Positions 39,262 through 47,689 of a stretch of DNA of 64,000 bases are shown one piece after another (the stretch's first letter is position 1; each line of letters opens with the position of its first letter). Origin of the DNA: a virus (lineage: Duplodnaviria; Caudoviricetes); IMG/VR virus record IMGVR_UViG_2785511464_000001, positions 31,771-95,770 of that record. One strand, 5' to 3'. A model generated the notes under the pieces. The model did not search any database, was not told the origin of the DNA, and saw only the letters and a list, made by a program, of their open reading frames with translations. Both the position numbers and the translations under genes were made by a program.

Positions 39262-40470
39262 ATGAGCGCAGCAAGCCTGAGCCTCCTGAAGGGCGGCAAG
39301 AAGACTGCCGTGGAAGAAGAGCTGGACACCACTGCCGAGCAGGCCGAGGAGACCGCGCAGGAAGAAGAGACTGAAGAGGTCGAAGAGGCTTCCGTCGAAG
39401 TCGATGGCATGAGCAGCAAGGAGCTGGATGCCCTGGTCGAAGAGTTCGGCGTTGAGACCCCGGCGGAATGGTCCGGCTGGGACGCGGACGCAAAGCGCGT
39501 CTGGCTGAAGGAACAGTTCGACGATGGTTCCTCCGAAGAAGAGGAGAAGCCCGAGCCCGAGCCCGAGCCGGAAGCCGAGAAGGCCCCTGCGAAGAAGCCT
39601 GCCGCCAAGAAAGCGCCGGCAAAGAAGCCTGCTGCTAAGAAGGCCCCGGCCAAGACTGAGGACGCCAAGACGGAGGCCGCGCCCAAGGCCGCGAAGAAGC
39701 CGGCCAGCAAGGCCCCTGCGAAGTCCACCAGCAAGAGCGGCGAAGTCTCGAAGCCGGGTGACGACGCCCTTGTCGATTTGATCCACGAGATCGAGACGAT
39801 GAAGGAGAAGGAAGCCCGCAGCCTCGTCACCGAGCTGTCCGAGCAGACCGAGTTCACCTTCTTCAAGCTGGGCGGCGTCCTGTCGGTCATTCAGGCCAAC
39901 GGCTGGTACGAGCCCTATGCGTCCTTCCGCGAGTTCGTGGAAAACGAGCACGGCCTGCACTACCGCAAGGCAACCTATTGGGTCGGCATCTACAACAACC
40001 TCTCCGAGAGCAAGGTTCCGTGGTCGAAGGTGTCGCACCTTGGCTGGACCAAGCTCAAGGAGATTGCCGGCGTCATCACGCTCGACAACGTTGACCAGTG
40101 GGTGAAGGTGGCCGAGGGCCAGACGACGCTCCAGCTCATCGAGACGGTCAAGGCGCATCTGTCGAAGGACACGCCCAAGGGGATCGAGGATCAGACCTCG
40201 AAGACCGTGACCACGAAGACCTTCAAGGTCCACGAGGAGCAGAAGCAGGTCATCGAAGCGGCTCTCGAAAAGGCCAAGTCGGAGTCCGGGACTGCCGTGG
40301 ATACGGTGGCCCTGGAGTACATCTGCGGAGACTACCTGTCCTCCCAGACGATGGCCCAGCGCCTGAAGAGCCTGGGTATCGAGGCAGCTCTGGAAGCTTT
40401 GGAAAAGGCTTATCCGAACGCCGCGATCAACGTCGAGCTCACCGAAGGCGAGGAAGACGAGGCCGCGTGA
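39262..40470 (+). CDS. Putative DNA-binding protein: acidic N-terminus, H1-like PAKK repeats, HTH-like LGWTKL domain, RHH-like C-terminus
   Basis: KAPAKKPAAKKAPAKKPAAKKAPAK; domain shared with 46746..47264 and 53958..54650. Confidence 0.65.
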   Translation: MSAASLSLLKGGKKTAVEEELDTTAEQAEETAQEEETEEVEEASVEVDGMSSKELDALVEEFGVETPAEWSGWDADAKRVWLKEQFDDGSSEEEEKPEPEPEPEAEKAPAKKPAAKKAPAKKPAAKKAPAKTEDAKTEAAPKAAKKPASKAPAKSTSKSGEVSKPGDDALVDLIHEIETMKEKEARSLVTELSEQTEFTFFKLGGVLSVIQANGWYEPYASFREFVENEHGLHYRKATYWVGIYNNLSESKVPWSKVSHLGWTKLKEIAGVITLDNVDQWVKVAEGQTTLQLIETVKAHLSKDTPKGIEDQTSKTVTTKTFKVHEEQKQVIEAALEKAKSESGTAVDTVALEYICGDYLSSQTMAQRLKSLGIEAALEALEKAYPNAAINVELTEGEEDEAA

Positions 40471-40756
40471 CTTACGGCACCTCCGGGTGCCTTGGCCGAT
40501 GGCGGGCTGGTGCACTTCCATGCGCTGGCCCCCCAAGAGTTCTTCGTTGATCTGGCCGGGGCTGATGGGGACGTTAGCGCGCTGAGCGTAGTAAGCACCG
40601 ACGGCATGTCATCCGCCCTGTCGTTCGTAGAGCCGAGCACCGAGCTGTCTGACATGATGAAACACATGGTCAGCGAGATGAACAAGATGGCCCTTGATCT
40701 GAAGGGGATCGGGAAATCCCTCAAAGACGCCGTGGACGATCTGAAGAACCAGAAAT

Positions 40757-40782
40757 GAGCCTGCCAGAGCCCTGGCGGGCTC
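40757..40782. terminator. Hairpin between convergent genes
   Basis: GAGCCTGCCAG-AGCC-CTGGCGGGCTC. Confidence 0.6.
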
Positions 40783-41058
40783 TTATACGTTCTGGGCGGT
40801 AGTGTTCGCCTGCACTTTGACCACACCGCCCTTGTGCTGGCAGACGGGGCACCGGATTGACCGGTCGATGGTCTCGTCCCCCACGAACCGAAATTCCGGC
40901 CCGAGCCGTTCCATCAGGAGGTCGAGGTCGAGCGCCCCGAAGTATTCGCACTGCGGGTTGCCACAGTAGGCCGTTAGGCCCATCCCGAGCTTCTTCAGCT
41001 TCCAGAGGGTGTCCACCTTGAGTGGGTACGTGATGACGTAATTCGAGAGATCGATCAT
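40783..41058 (-). CDS. Small Zn-ribbon protein (only credible minus-strand gene)
   Basis: AYC....C....LDLD.L..RLG......RCPVC; start may be 41070. Confidence 0.65.
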   Translation of the reverse strand: MIDLSNYVITYPLKVDTLWKLKKLGMGLTAYCGNPQCEYFGALDLDLLMERLGPEFRFVGDETIDRSIRCPVCQHKGGVVKVQANTTAQNV

Positions 41059-41208
41059 GCCCGCAAACATACCGTTTGCCCTCTCGACCGGCAACGCAAC
41101 GATTTCTGTGAAATTAATTGCATTTTTCTCTGTACGCCACGGCCCCATTTGGTAGACTGAGGTCATAGGGAATTACCCGATCTCACCGTGCCAAGGAGGG
41201 CAAGAGAT

Positions 41209-41418
41209 ATGCAGAAAATGACCAATCGTTATGAAGAGGCGGCAGCCGAAGTTGAAGCCCAGATCGCTGTCCTTGAGGATCGCGCCGACCGCTGGGCCAA
41301 GCACCCCACTCTTTGCTCGCGCGTTCCCGGCGTTCGTGCCCAGATCGCAGACTTGAAGGCCAAGCCGCTCGACCATTGGAGGGCAACCGGCAAATGGGCA
41401 CAGGAGCTTTGGGGCTGA
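41209..41418 (+). CDS. Hypothetical protein
   Basis: CCAAGGAGGG RBS after a box-promoter unit. Confidence 0.6.
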   Translation: MQKMTNRYEEAAAEVEAQIAVLEDRADRWAKHPTLCSRVPGVRAQIADLKAKPLDHWRATGKWAQELWG

Positions 41419-41467
41419 CCCCAAGGCTCTCGCCACAGACAAGAATGCTGCAAGGAGGCAGACCGAG

Positions 41468-42049
41468 ATGAACACCCAGATCGAAAACCTGAAAGCGGCA
41501 CTCCCGAGGGTGCCTGCTCGCCAGCAAGACTTCGCCGGCTCCCTGATCCATCAGTTCGAGCGCAAGGGCGATCTCTCCAACAAGCAGTGGTATTGGGTCC
41601 AGAAGCTGGCCGAGGACGCCGAGTTCGCCGGGGTGCCGGACTTCACCAAGGAGACGGAAACCGTGGGCCAGATGCACGGCCTCATCAAGCTTTTCGAGAC
41701 CGCCAAAGAGCATCTGAAATACCCGGCTATAGCCCTTCAGCTGCCCGACGGCGGGCCTTACGGCAGCAATGTCTGGTATGGCCGCGTGTCGCCCGATGGT
41801 GTCTGGCAGAAGTCCGGGGCCGTCGAAAGCGACCTCGCCATGTCCCGCAAGGTACAGACCCTGCTCAAGGCTCTGTCTGCGGACCCAGCCGGCACTGCCA
41901 GCGCCTACGGGAAGCTGACCGGCCATTGCTGCTTCTGCCGCAGGAAGCTCGAAGACGAGAAGAGCACGGCGGTCGGATACGGCCCGGTCTGCGCGAAACA
42001 TTATAACCTGCCTTACGGGAGCAAAGTCAGCGCCTTCAATTGCAATTAA
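41468..42049 (+). CDS. DUF6011-type Zn-finger protein
   Basis: C-terminal CCFCRRKLEDEKSTAVGYGPVCA. Confidence 0.7.
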   Translation: MNTQIENLKAALPRVPARQQDFAGSLIHQFERKGDLSNKQWYWVQKLAEDAEFAGVPDFTKETETVGQMHGLIKLFETAKEHLKYPAIALQLPDGGPYGSNVWYGRVSPDGVWQKSGAVESDLAMSRKVQTLLKALSADPAGTASAYGKLTGHCCFCRRKLEDEKSTAVGYGPVCAKHYNLPYGSKVSAFNCN

Positions 42050-42282
42050 TTGCACAAAGAGCCCTGAGTACGACGATCTGTACGTCAGTGTCGATGGCCG
42101 CGTGTTCAGGGAGGTCATCCCCGAACCCGGCTACGACGGGTAAAATACGCAGAGCGCCAATGACGTACGAAACGGGCTTCCAATTGAGTTGTTAGGTCGT
42201 CTATGCTAGCCGCTGCGTGGTCGCGTGCAGATAAAATTAAGTTTATGGAAGAACCGGTCCTGAATTTCTGTGGGGGAATGAG

Positions 42283-42975
42283 TTGAGAACCGTAGTAATA
42301 TTCGTAATCCTCATTTTGTCGGGCTTTTTGGCCTATCTTTTCCTTAGTGGTGAGGAAGTGGTCAAGCGCGAGGTGGCTTCCTCGGAGGCTGTGAGTCTGG
42401 AAGAATATACCATCTCGGTAGAAGCTAGGCCGTTGAGTGCGTCCGTCGTTCATCTTGACGTGGACACGAACATTCCGCTTCCGATAGATGTGATGGCGAG
42501 CGTGTCCGCGAAAAACCAAAGCCCCAACGATGTGTATATCGGCTTCTCCAAGCGTGTGAGGCTAACTTCTCCCAAGCAGACCATTGAAATGGAAGGGGAG
42601 GGGCTACCGTCTGGCGATTATACCGCTGACGTCACGTTCTACCCAGATTGGGGCGCGAAGGATGGTCCCCGCGAGGCCAAGTCCATCACCAACGAAATCA
42701 TCGGCGTTGATGACGTGACCCTGGGAGGGGCCGGCGAAAGCATTGAGGAAGCGGATCGGCGTAACAACGCACAGCGTTGGGTCATGATGAACGTCTCTTC
42801 GGGTACGCCTTGGGATGCGACCCTGTTTGTGGAGAAGTTGGGCGATTTTCAGAAGACGGAGGCTGCACTCAATCTGCATGATGCGTACTATTTCCCCGTC
42901 GCGGATATGACCATCATCGTCAGTCGTTTAAAGAATACGGTAACCACTTGGCGCGACGGGAATGATGGGGGCTGA
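42283..42975 (+). CDS. Membrane-anchored hypothetical protein (moron)
   Basis: N-terminal TM helix; visibly more AT-rich than flanking genes. Confidence 0.65.
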   Translation: MRTVVIFVILILSGFLAYLFLSGEEVVKREVASSEAVSLEEYTISVEARPLSASVVHLDVDTNIPLPIDVMASVSAKNQSPNDVYIGFSKRVRLTSPKQTIEMEGEGLPSGDYTADVTFYPDWGAKDGPREAKSITNEIIGVDDVTLGGAGESIEEADRRNNAQRWVMMNVSSGTPWDATLFVEKLGDFQKTEAALNLHDAYYFPVADMTIIVSRLKNTVTTWRDGNDGG

Positions 42976-42977
42976 GT

Positions 42978-44129
42978 ATGCCTGAAACCGCTTATTCAAC
43001 GGAATTTAGAAGGGAACTCGATCCCCAGCAATTACTGGAGTTGATGAGAGCGGACTTATTTGCTTCTGCTGGCACAATGGAGGACATTTCTGAGCAAGAA
43101 AGGCAAGAAATCAAGAGCGACGTGATCTGCTCGTCCTGTGGGGTAGGTGGCGCGCAAATTGTCAGAACCTCTTTCGGACGGAGCAGCGGGAGGGCAGTGC
43201 GCAAACCACATTTCCGGTTTGAGGGGCCGGGTGGCGAGGACGCGCACCGTCGATACTGCGAGTTCGGTAGAGAAGCCCCTGAACGCGAAGCCGGGTGGAG
43301 GGTTAGTTTCGCAAGCGCTCGCACCGAAGAGGCGCGGTTCGTGCGCTCACTTGTGTGCAAGGGTATCGAGAGGAAGCTGTTCGACCAGAGTTCGATCCGT
43401 GCGATGCGGCAGTGGTTCTATGATCAGAAAGCCAAATCGCGGATCACGATACCAGCTTCGCCAGAACGCATTGTGACAATGCAGAAGCTAGATAGACATT
43501 ACCCCCACGGTGGCCGGTGGTCCTTCAGCCCGGTCCACGCAGAGATGCCGAATTTCAATTGGCGGGAAGCGGCGATGAGGCAGTTTACGGAGGATAACCG
43601 GGAGTTCTTGAGCTGGTATCACGAGAGGGCGCGAAGGGCGCGCTTCTCAAGCAGCTACGAGCGCGCAAAGAGCATTGTGGAGTCGCGTCCCGCAGAAGAG
43701 GCTTTCGACCGCTCCGTGTTGCGGGAGCAGTACGAAAAGTCGATCACTCTCTCGTCTTTCGTTGCTGCCAATTCGGAGTTCCCTCACAAGAATAATCCCG
43801 CGCACTATCGTTCCAAGGGGGCTCCCACCCCATTGTTGGCTCTTAGTGCGTTGGTTCTTTTCATCTCTGATTGGAGCATGGACGAAGCCATCGGGTGCTA
43901 CTCCAAGATGTTTGCGGCACCTGATGCTAAGGATAATACGCTGGGTAATGTGATGGGGCTCAATCCGTTCCATGACTTTGATGCCTGGGAAATAATCAAG
44001 ATTGCTTCCGAGCTCGCGGAGCGCAGCCCGTCGATCCAAAACTACGATGAAGCTCTGGCGGCTGTAGAGAAAAGAATAAGGGAAGAGCACCGACGTTGGC
44101 GTTCAGAAGCGACCCGCCAACCTCTCTGA
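42978..44129 (+). CDS. Hypothetical protein with CoiA-like N-terminal Zn motif (moron)
   Basis: CSSC...PHF...H...C; atypical codon usage. Confidence 0.6.
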   Translation: MPETAYSTEFRRELDPQQLLELMRADLFASAGTMEDISEQERQEIKSDVICSSCGVGGAQIVRTSFGRSSGRAVRKPHFRFEGPGGEDAHRRYCEFGREAPEREAGWRVSFASARTEEARFVRSLVCKGIERKLFDQSSIRAMRQWFYDQKAKSRITIPASPERIVTMQKLDRHYPHGGRWSFSPVHAEMPNFNWREAAMRQFTEDNREFLSWYHERARRARFSSSYERAKSIVESRPAEEAFDRSVLREQYEKSITLSSFVAANSEFPHKNNPAHYRSKGAPTPLLALSALVLFISDWSMDEAIGCYSKMFAAPDAKDNTLGNVMGLNPFHDFDAWEIIKIASELAERSPSIQNYDEALAAVEKRIREEHRRWRSEATRQPL

Positions 44130-44299
44130 GTCTACATTCTTCGATGTTTCTTCAATTACCAACAGCAGAAGCGGGCGATGCCCCTCTGGTTGTCGCTCTG
44201 CAACCTCATCTGCGATTTACCGGCGCTTGCTGGGTCGTCTGTACAAGTCGCTCCCGCTGTGAGTAGGAATGACCCGTCTAGAGGATTGTGGGGGAAACG

Positions 44300-44680
44300 A
44301 TGACAGATCAGCCGGCGGCGACGCAGAAAAGAGACACGTTCGGTTTCGTCCGCAAGGTGATCGCCTTTGCAAAGTGGGTCACAGAGTTTGTCCGTAATCT
44401 CGCGGTGGCTGGTGCTCTGTTCTATCTCGCAGAGATCAGCTCAAGCATGCTGCTGCGCGTGGCAGCGATGGTTTGTGGGCAAGCTATTGCCATCGGCGTC
44501 GCGGGTCATGTGTTCCTGTTGGCCGAGGGGAGGCTGGGGTTCTTGCAGACGCTGACAAAGGGTGCATGGGTGCTCGCTGTAGGGATCGGCGCAGTGATGT
44601 GCTTGACGCTCGGCCTAGTCCTTGGGGCTGGTCTCCAGTCTTTTGTGCAGGAGATCGCTGATGCCCACCTCAGCCGGTAA
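44300..44680 (+). CDS. Small multi-pass membrane protein (moron)
   Basis: Three hydrophobic segments. Confidence 0.6.
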   Translation: MTDQPAATQKRDTFGFVRKVIAFAKWVTEFVRNLAVAGALFYLAEISSSMLLRVAAMVCGQAIAIGVAGHVFLLAEGRLGFLQTLTKGAWVLAVGIGAVMCLTLGLVLGAGLQSFVQEIADAHLSR

Positions 44681-44882
44681 CACCCCTTAGAAAACGAGGT
44701 TGCGCTGCTTAGAAAATGCGGCGGCGCGACCGTTAACCATCACCTGTTTTCCGCACTCGACAAGTGCAATTAATTGCAATTTTGGCTGTACGCCAGAGAC
44801 CAACTTTGGGATGATCAGATTATCGGGAACCCAACGGTTTCCAGAAGGTCAACCCGACAGGGCATGTAGCAAGGAGGCTAGA

Positions 44883-45314
44883 ATGACCACAGCAACCCAG
44901 ACCGCGAAAATGATCTACCCTGACGCCATGGTGGCGAACATGATCTTGGGCAAGATGCGCAAGCGCTATCCCGAGAGAAAGTACACCGTGATGCCGGTCA
45001 GCGGGGGGCACCAGATTGTCCCGATCACGGTCTGCCCGTCTGCCATGCCGCCCAAGAAGCCGGCACCCGTGAATAACAAGACCTTCGCATCTGCCGAGAG
45101 CAACACGCTCGACGCCATGGTGTTCGAGTTCCCGTTCCTGCGGCAGACGAAAGCATGGTGGTACTTCGATGGCGGCGACGTGCAGTACCTGCATAAGAAC
45201 CACTGCATCAGCGCGTCCCTCGTCACCAACAACGACGACACGATCATGCTGCGCCTCAAGGTGAGCGCCAAGATCGCCGAAGAGAAGGGCCTGATCCAGA
45301 AGGAGGCAGCGTGA
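44883..45314 (+). CDS. Hypothetical protein
   Basis: AAGGAGG RBS after a box-promoter unit. Confidence 0.65.
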   Translation: MTTATQTAKMIYPDAMVANMILGKMRKRYPERKYTVMPVSGGHQIVPITVCPSAMPPKKPAPVNNKTFASAESNTLDAMVFEFPFLRQTKAWWYFDGGDVQYLHKNHCISASLVTNNDDTIMLRLKVSAKIAEEKGLIQKEAA

Positions 45315-45559
45315 TGCGAGGACACCCAATGATGCGCATTCGCATTTCTCCAGAGCTGAAGGACCGGCTGGAGGCGGCTGCCAAAGAACACAACCGCAGC
45401 CTCAACGCGGAAGTGGTGGAAGCCCTGGAGAAGCACCTTGGCCAGCGCAAGGGGGCCTGCGAGATGGCGGCTCTGGAGTATCGCGTCACCGTGCTGGAGG
45501 AAAGCGTCAAGCTGCTGTCCAAGATGACGATCCACGAAGGTCTGGGGGAGGGCGACTGA
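45311..45559 (+). CDS. Arc-family ribbon-helix-helix regulator
   Basis: PMMRIRISPELKDRLEAAAKEHNRSLNAEVVEALE. Confidence 0.85.
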   Translation: MMRGHPMMRIRISPELKDRLEAAAKEHNRSLNAEVVEALEKHLGQRKGACEMAALEYRVTVLEESVKLLSKMTIHEGLGEGD

Positions 45560-46228
45560 TGCACCACGTAGCGAGCCTGAACCCCAGCTATGTTGTCCTG
45601 CGAGAGCATACGCTTGGCTTCATCCTGCCGGACTTCCCCGACTGGATGGGGGTGCTGCACGGCAGTGTCCTCAAGGGCGGGCACGATTGGAAGAATGGCC
45701 CCGTGCACATCGCTGGCATGAAGGACCAGATGCGCCCGGCGCTGAAGGCAGACTTCGACGAGTACGGCGTCTGCTGGCGTGGGCACCTCAAGGAGACCGA
45801 CAGATGAAATACGAGAACCTGAAGAAGGTGGCCACCCTCGTGAGGGGGAGTCACTTGAACCTCGAAACGCTTGTGGCGATCCGCGACAACAGGCACCTGT
45901 TCAGTCAGGAGGTCCGGGACGAGTTCGACCAGTTCATGGAAGAGGGTTACGAGATGTTCGCCCCCAAGAACGCGGAGGGCCGGTGATGCAGGTTGATGCG
46001 ACCATCTTTGGTGGGCTCCCCGTTGTGGTGGAGGCCCGCCTGCTGCCGGCTGACCGGTCCATGGGCATCGCGTACGCCTATTACGAGATCGACGGCATCT
46101 ACACGACACGGGTCCGCAAGAGAGACCGCAGGGTCGTGATGAAGCCCATCCCGCAGAGCTGGTGGGACCGCCTCGACCGATCCGGTGAGCTGGACGCCCT
46201 GGCAGAAGAAGTGGCAGGGGGTCGGTAA
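45559..46228 (+). CDS. Three coupled small hypothetical genes (45559-45807, 45804-45986, 45986-46228)
   Basis: Overlapping start/stop codons, each with an RBS. Confidence 0.6.
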
Positions 46229-46311
46229 CCATCCCGTGCAATTAATTGCAAATCCGAAGGACAGGGGAGCGCTCCATCGGCAAGATAAAATGAGACAAAA
46301 GGAGAAGTGAG

Positions 46312-46656
46312 ATGTTGTCTGTCGTACTCACAGGCCCTGCTATCGACAATGCGGGCCGCTCGATCATCAGGGAAAACCTGATTGCTGCATGCCACCAGAC
46401 AGGAAAACTGTCCGTGGCGAAACGTGTCAACATGTCCACCGACCTTCTGGTGGCAAGCAGAACGGACACCGTTAAAGCAAAAGCAGCCGCCGCCAACGGT
46501 GTCGTCGTGCTTTCATATCCGCAATTCATCAATCGTTATCTGCACGGGGTTGAAATCCTTAGCGGAGGAAAACCGAACCGGTATATGGACCGCATCGACA
46601 AGGATTTGCTGGTGCCCGATTTCACGGAGGGGATGGACCCTTCGGATTTGTTGTGA
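46312..46656 (+). CDS. Stand-alone BRCT-domain protein
   Basis: VVLTG...R..L.......V...V...TDLLVA....K..A...GV.VLS...F (LigA-type BRCT pattern). Confidence 0.7.
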   Translation: MLSVVLTGPAIDNAGRSIIRENLIAACHQTGKLSVAKRVNMSTDLLVASRTDTVKAKAAAANGVVVLSYPQFINRYLHGVEILSGGKPNRYMDRIDKDLLVPDFTEGMDPSDLL

Positions 46657-46745
46657 CGGCCCGATTTGTGCATTTGATTGCGCAGTTGACGAGGGTTATG
46701 GTCACTGGTCCGCTTGTCGGCAAACCGCGATAATTCAAGGAGGGA

Positions 46746-47264
46746 TTGGTGGTTAAGAATTCAGAAAAGGTCTATGCGGAGGCAATGTCCCTTGCCAAAG
46801 CATTTGACGACAACTTCGTCGATCTGGCGAAGGAATTGCACCGTCTGCAGGAGAACGACCCGGATCGTTTCCGAGACTTCATTAATGCGACCGGGATGAG
46901 CCGAAGGAAAGTTTACTATCTGGTTGCCGTGGACAAGACGTTCACTCCGCTGAAGATACCGAAGAAGAAGCTCGTTGACCTTGGCTGGACCAAGCTGACG
47001 ACGATCCAGCCGCACGTGACAAAGCAAAACGTGCATGAACTCCTTGAGATCGCCGACAAGCATAACGTAGCGGACATCAAGCGTTATCTTAAAGGCGAGC
47101 CAATCGGCGATAACTCGAAGTCGCTGGTGCTGTACTTCAGCCCCGAAGAGCACAGCAAGATCATGGAAGCCCTTGAGCAGCATGGTGCATCCAAGTCGGG
47201 GCGCGGCCTTGTCGATAAGGAAAAGGCCATCCTCAAAATCCTTGAAGCAGCCAAGTCAGACTGA
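46746..47264 (+). CDS. LGWTKL HTH-like/RHH-like protein, paralog of 39262..40470
   Basis: F.DF...TGMSRRKVYYLV...LGWTKL; 18-nt identity CCTTGGCTGGACCAAGCT with the large paralog. Confidence 0.65.
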   Translation: MVVKNSEKVYAEAMSLAKAFDDNFVDLAKELHRLQENDPDRFRDFINATGMSRRKVYYLVAVDKTFTPLKIPKKKLVDLGWTKLTTIQPHVTKQNVHELLEIADKHNVADIKRYLKGEPIGDNSKSLVLYFSPEEHSKIMEALEQHGASKSGRGLVDKEKAILKILEAAKSD

Positions 47265-47342
47265 CGTCTTTAGTCGTGAAGGGTAGTCGCGGACCCTTCA
47301 TGCCTACAGGTGCCAGATGCAATTAATTGCACGGAGATCATC

Positions 47343-47594
47343 ATGGACAGAAGCCCTGGCAAGACCACGTTCGTAGGACCAGTCGCAACGGACACGCTGG
47401 TGCGGGCCGGCAAGCGCTCGACGCACTACCACTTCCTTCTGCTGCAGGCCGGCGGCGATCCTCTGCGTCTGGATTACGACACCAAGCAGGAGGCACGCAC
47501 GGCCCGTCAGCTCCTCTCCAAGAACCAAGGCACCTATGCCGTACCCACCCTGAAGCTCCTCCGGGGGATACAGGCGGCGCTCGGCGAGGCGTAA
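47343..47594 (+). CDS. Hypothetical protein
   Basis: GGAG RBS directly after the box at 47318. Confidence 0.55.
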   Translation: MDRSPGKTTFVGPVATDTLVRAGKRSTHYHFLLLQAGGDPLRLDYDTKQEARTARQLLSKNQGTYAVPTLKLLRGIQAALGEA

Positions 47595-47689
47595 GACAGT
47601 TGTGGGTCTATTGGAAATTAATTGCACACGCCTGACAAATCTGTAGAGTGGAATGTGCAATTAATTGCAAATGACCAAGGAGGGTCGAA

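Noticed and set aside
40492-40758. Short ORF after the H1-like gene
   Set aside because: No clear RBS or start; only the last about 50 codons look coding, so left uncalled
45311-45559. Arc-like protein as the box binder
   Set aside because: Possible but not favoured: mid-operon with no adjacent box; keep as a control candidate
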